Part shown: one piece after another, positions 61,657 to 64,000 of the stretch
Numbering within the stretch: position 1 is the stretch's first letter
Layout: the number at the start of each line of letters is the position of its first letter
NCBI GenBank assembly: GCA_963765765.1
Contig: CAVXYC010000010.1
Coordinates: forward strand, 160,001-224,000
Origin: an uncultured Chloroflexia bacterium
GTDB lineage: Bacteria; Chloroflexota; UBA6077; JACCZL01
DNA: 64,000 nucleotides
Reading direction: 5' to 3'
The notes under the pieces: generated by a model
Database searches by the model: none
What the model was told of the DNA's origin: nothing
What the model saw: only the letters and a program-made list of their open reading frames with translations
Position numbers and translations under genes: made by a program

Positions 61657-63456
61657 ATGAGCGCAGTTGATATAGGTCGTTCCTCCGCGCGCACGTGGTC
61701 CTTCCATATGCCTCGCCGGTTGACGACGCAGGAAATCGTTTACGCGATTCTGTTCCTTCTCGTTGCGAACCTCGTTCTGGTTCCGCTAGGGATGGTGATT
61801 GCCACGAGCCTCAACGTTGGGCCGATTACGGCTCCCGGCGAGGTGGGATTCACGCTCTCGAATTACGTGCGCGCGTGGACTAGCCCAACGACGCACGCGG
61901 TCATCATGAATACGCTGATCTTCGCCTTCTTCTCGACGTTTCTGTCAATGACTCTGGGGGTGTTCTTCGCATTCATGGTCGAACGCACCGACATGCCGCT
62001 GAAAAACTTCGCGTATGCCGTGGTACCACTGACCATCGCAATGCCCGGACTTCTCTACGGAATCGCCTGGGTCCTACTTTTAAGTCCGAATATTGGCCTA
62101 TTCAACCTTGCCTTGATGGGGCTGTTCGGGGCTGAGCAGGGCATTCTCACGAGCTGGGCGCACGTCGGCCTGTCAGAGGCACCGATCAAGCCGTACAGCA
62201 TGGCGGGAATGATTTTCGTGGACGCCATTCGTGGCGTGGGCGTCGTCTTTCTTATGACCGTGGGGCTCTTCCGCAACATGGATCCTTCTCTAGAGGAGGC
62301 CGCGGCGGTCTCCGGTGCCGCCCCGGCAACGGTGGCCAACAAAGTCACATTGCGGGTGATGATGCCGGGTATCCTGGCCGCGTTCGTATACGCGCTCACG
62401 GGTAATCTCGAGACATTCGATATCCCAGCGATCATGGGTCTGCCAGCGGGCATCCATCTGCTCTCCACGAAGATCTACCTGCTCTCAAAGACGGATGATC
62501 ACGGCATCGCGAGTGCGCTGGGCGTTGTCTTTGTGGTCCTCGCCGTCTTCTTCGTCTGGTGGTATTCGCGGCTGACCAAGCGAATCGAATCGTTCAGTAC
62601 GGTCACAGGCAAGGGATATCGACCAAGACAAATGCGGATTGGACGATTTAAGTACGTCGCCGTAGCGATCGTCATGCTGTATCTCGGCATCGTCGTGGTG
62701 GCGCCGTTTTTTGTCATGCTATGGGCTAGCATCCTGCCGTACTATCAGATCCCGAGCTGGCAGGCTTTGCAGTCCGTGAACCTCGATGCCTACAAGTTCG
62801 TCATCACCAATCCGTGGGGAGTCACGGCAATGCGTAACACACTCATCCTGACGTTCGCGGCGCCAACGGCGACGATGCTGATCGCTACGCTCATTTCCTG
62901 GTTTGTGGTTCGATCGAATATGCCTGGGAAGCGTCTGTTGGACGTCATGGCGTTCCTGCCACACACAGTCCCCAGCATCATCATTGCGCTCGCCATGATC
63001 TATCTCTTCCTTACCGTCCCGTGGCGCCTCATCCCTATCTACGGAAGCGTGTGGATTATTAGCCTGGCCATAGCCACTCGATATCTGGCTTTTGGCTCTC
63101 GAACGATGCACGGTTCGGTCATCCAGATCCATAAGGACCTGGAGGAGGCTGCGCAAGTTGGCGGAGTGTCCTGGGGCAAGGCGTTTCGCTACATTGTGCT
63201 GCCATTGCTCTTCCCGGCCATCGTCTCAGGTTGGGTATTCGTGGCGTTGCACTCGATCCGCGAGGTCTCCATGGCGCTCCTTCTGTATTCGCCCGATAGT
63301 CGAGTGATCTCACTTTTGATGTGGGACACCTGGCACAACGGTGAGGTCGCCATCGCATCGGCCACGGGTGTTCTGCTCATGATCGCGATCGGCTTCATCA
63401 TTCTCGCGGGTCGCCTGGTGGATCAGCGGCGGTCTAAGATGAAGGCTGGGCTTTAG
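61657..63456 (+). CDS. ABC permease (FbpB-like, two EAA modules)
   Basis: MDPSLEEAAAVSGA, TVTGKGYRP, LEEAAQVGG. Confidence 0.93.
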   Translation: MSAVDIGRSSARTWSFHMPRRLTTQEIVYAILFLLVANLVLVPLGMVIATSLNVGPITAPGEVGFTLSNYVRAWTSPTTHAVIMNTLIFAFFSTFLSMTLGVFFAFMVERTDMPLKNFAYAVVPLTIAMPGLLYGIAWVLLLSPNIGLFNLALMGLFGAEQGILTSWAHVGLSEAPIKPYSMAGMIFVDAIRGVGVVFLMTVGLFRNMDPSLEEAAAVSGAAPATVANKVTLRVMMPGILAAFVYALTGNLETFDIPAIMGLPAGIHLLSTKIYLLSKTDDHGIASALGVVFVVLAVFFVWWYSRLTKRIESFSTVTGKGYRPRQMRIGRFKYVAVAIVMLYLGIVVVAPFFVMLWASILPYYQIPSWQALQSVNLDAYKFVITNPWGVTAMRNTLILTFAAPTATMLIATLISWFVVRSNMPGKRLLDVMAFLPHTVPSIIIALAMIYLFLTVPWRLIPIYGSVWIISLAIATRYLAFGSRTMHGSVIQIHKDLEEAAQVGGVSWGKAFRYIVLPLLFPAIVSGWVFVALHSIREVSMALLLYSPDSRVISLLMWDTWHNGEVAIASATGVLLMIAIGFIILAGRLVDQRRSKMKAGL

Positions 63457-63569
63457 TCCAGCGGCATTGCTCAATCAGCCTCGGAGCCGCATCCCGAAAG
63501 GATGCGGCTCCTGTTGCTTTGTTCCCGTTCTCGAGCATGACAACTACGAGAGAGGAACCGCTCCCTTAC

Positions 63570-63706
63570 GAGACCGTCTCAGCATTCCGAGACGATCCAG
63601 CATCGAGTCGAAACACGCGCTGACTTCGCCGCAAGATTGCCGACTCGGCCACTCCTGGGCCAATCGGCAGCGTGAAGTGTGCCCTTCCGAATTCTGAGAC
63701 AGTCTC
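63570..63706. mobile_element. Candidate MITE (137 bp, 18-bp terminal inverted repeats)
   Basis: gagaccgtctcagcattc vs reverse complement of gaattctgagacagtctc (16/18). No ORF needed. Confidence 0.5.
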
Positions 63707-63751
63707 TCACGTGCGCGGCCCCGAAGCTGATTGATGCATTGCTCGTCGGCA

Positions 63752-63791
63752 AGAAAAGACGGGGCATCGAATTCGATGCCCCGTCTTTTCT
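63752..63791. terminator. Bidirectional intrinsic terminator
   Basis: Perfect palindrome agaaaagacggggcatcg-aatt-cgatgccccgtcttttct. Confidence 0.85.
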
Positions 63792-63805
63792 CTTGTGCTC
63801 TTTAC

Positions 63806-64000
63806 CTACGCTTTCTGCGCGTCAAACTCCGGAGCATTCTCAAAATACACGGGGTGTGAATAGCCCAGGTGTTTGAACATTCCGTTCTGGGAGGCAATGA
63901 TCTTCGCCGGCTTGGATGGGTCGGAGTTGAAGCGCTGGATCACCTGGTTCTGTGGGACCCAGATGACGTCGCCCTTCTTCCACTCCCAACGCGTGGGCTT
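63806..64000 (-). CDS. C-terminal part of a cupin protein (runs off window)
   Basis: KPTRWEWKKGDVIWVPQNQVIQRFNSDPSKPA..FENAPEF..*. Confidence 0.75.
   Translation of the reverse strand, partial: KPTRWEWKKGDVIWVPQNQVIQRFNSDPSKPAKIIASQNGMFKHLGYSHPVYFENAPEFDAQKA

Noticed and set aside
63874-63890. Third SOS box-like GAAC..GTTC
   Set aside because: The spacer is 5 nt and the site lies inside a coding region.
1-64000. CRISPR array, rRNA, retron/DGR or other reverse-transcriptase systems
   Set aside because: No regularly spaced repeat-spacer array, rRNA sequence or RT motif was seen.

Overview
Bacterial chromosomal window, GC-rich and most consistent with a Chloroflexota genome. That assignment is inference, from AGAAC-N4-GTTCT SOS boxes and the gene repertoire. 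Many single-base, mostly homopolymer frameshifts look like long-read errors. From left to right: (1) A decayed integrative island (1-3790) with a Zn-ribbon/HNH-like tail, a secreted protein, a heme peroxidase and an integrase remnant, abutting tRNA-Lys. (2) A ~300-bp direct duplication of tRNA-Lys plus the 3' end of an IscA/ErpA gene, bracketing a degenerate PadR + membrane-protein islet. (3) An Rrf2-led suf operon (sufC-B-D-Rieske-S-U-DUF59). (4) Two tandem 2-oxoacid:ferredoxin oxidoreductase alpha/beta pairs separated by a dual-specificity phosphatase. (5) EVE protein, lepB, purQLFMNH, rny and a PHP protein. (6) A glycan locus (WecA-like, CapD-like, TIM barrel, two epimerases, IS481 remnant, WecB/TagA, GH-like, gmd). 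(7) MFS, tRNA-Gly, a Rad52/Rad22-family gene with a LexA box, two small ORFs and tRNA-Pro. (8) PQQ sugar dehydrogenase, rdgB, birA, a small ORF with two LexA boxes, thrC and an EamA transporter. (9) A catabolic/uptake region with cupins, a tripartite tricarboxylate transporter, an alpha/alpha-barrel hypothetical, a Cdc48/p97-like ATPase and an Fe3+/polyamine-type ABC transporter. The most notable observations are the Cdc48 with a D2 Walker-B E-to-Q substitution and a His-rich linker, two candidate SOS-regulon members, the tRNA/erpA-tail duplication, two structured 5' RNA candidates, and several intergenic repeat families.
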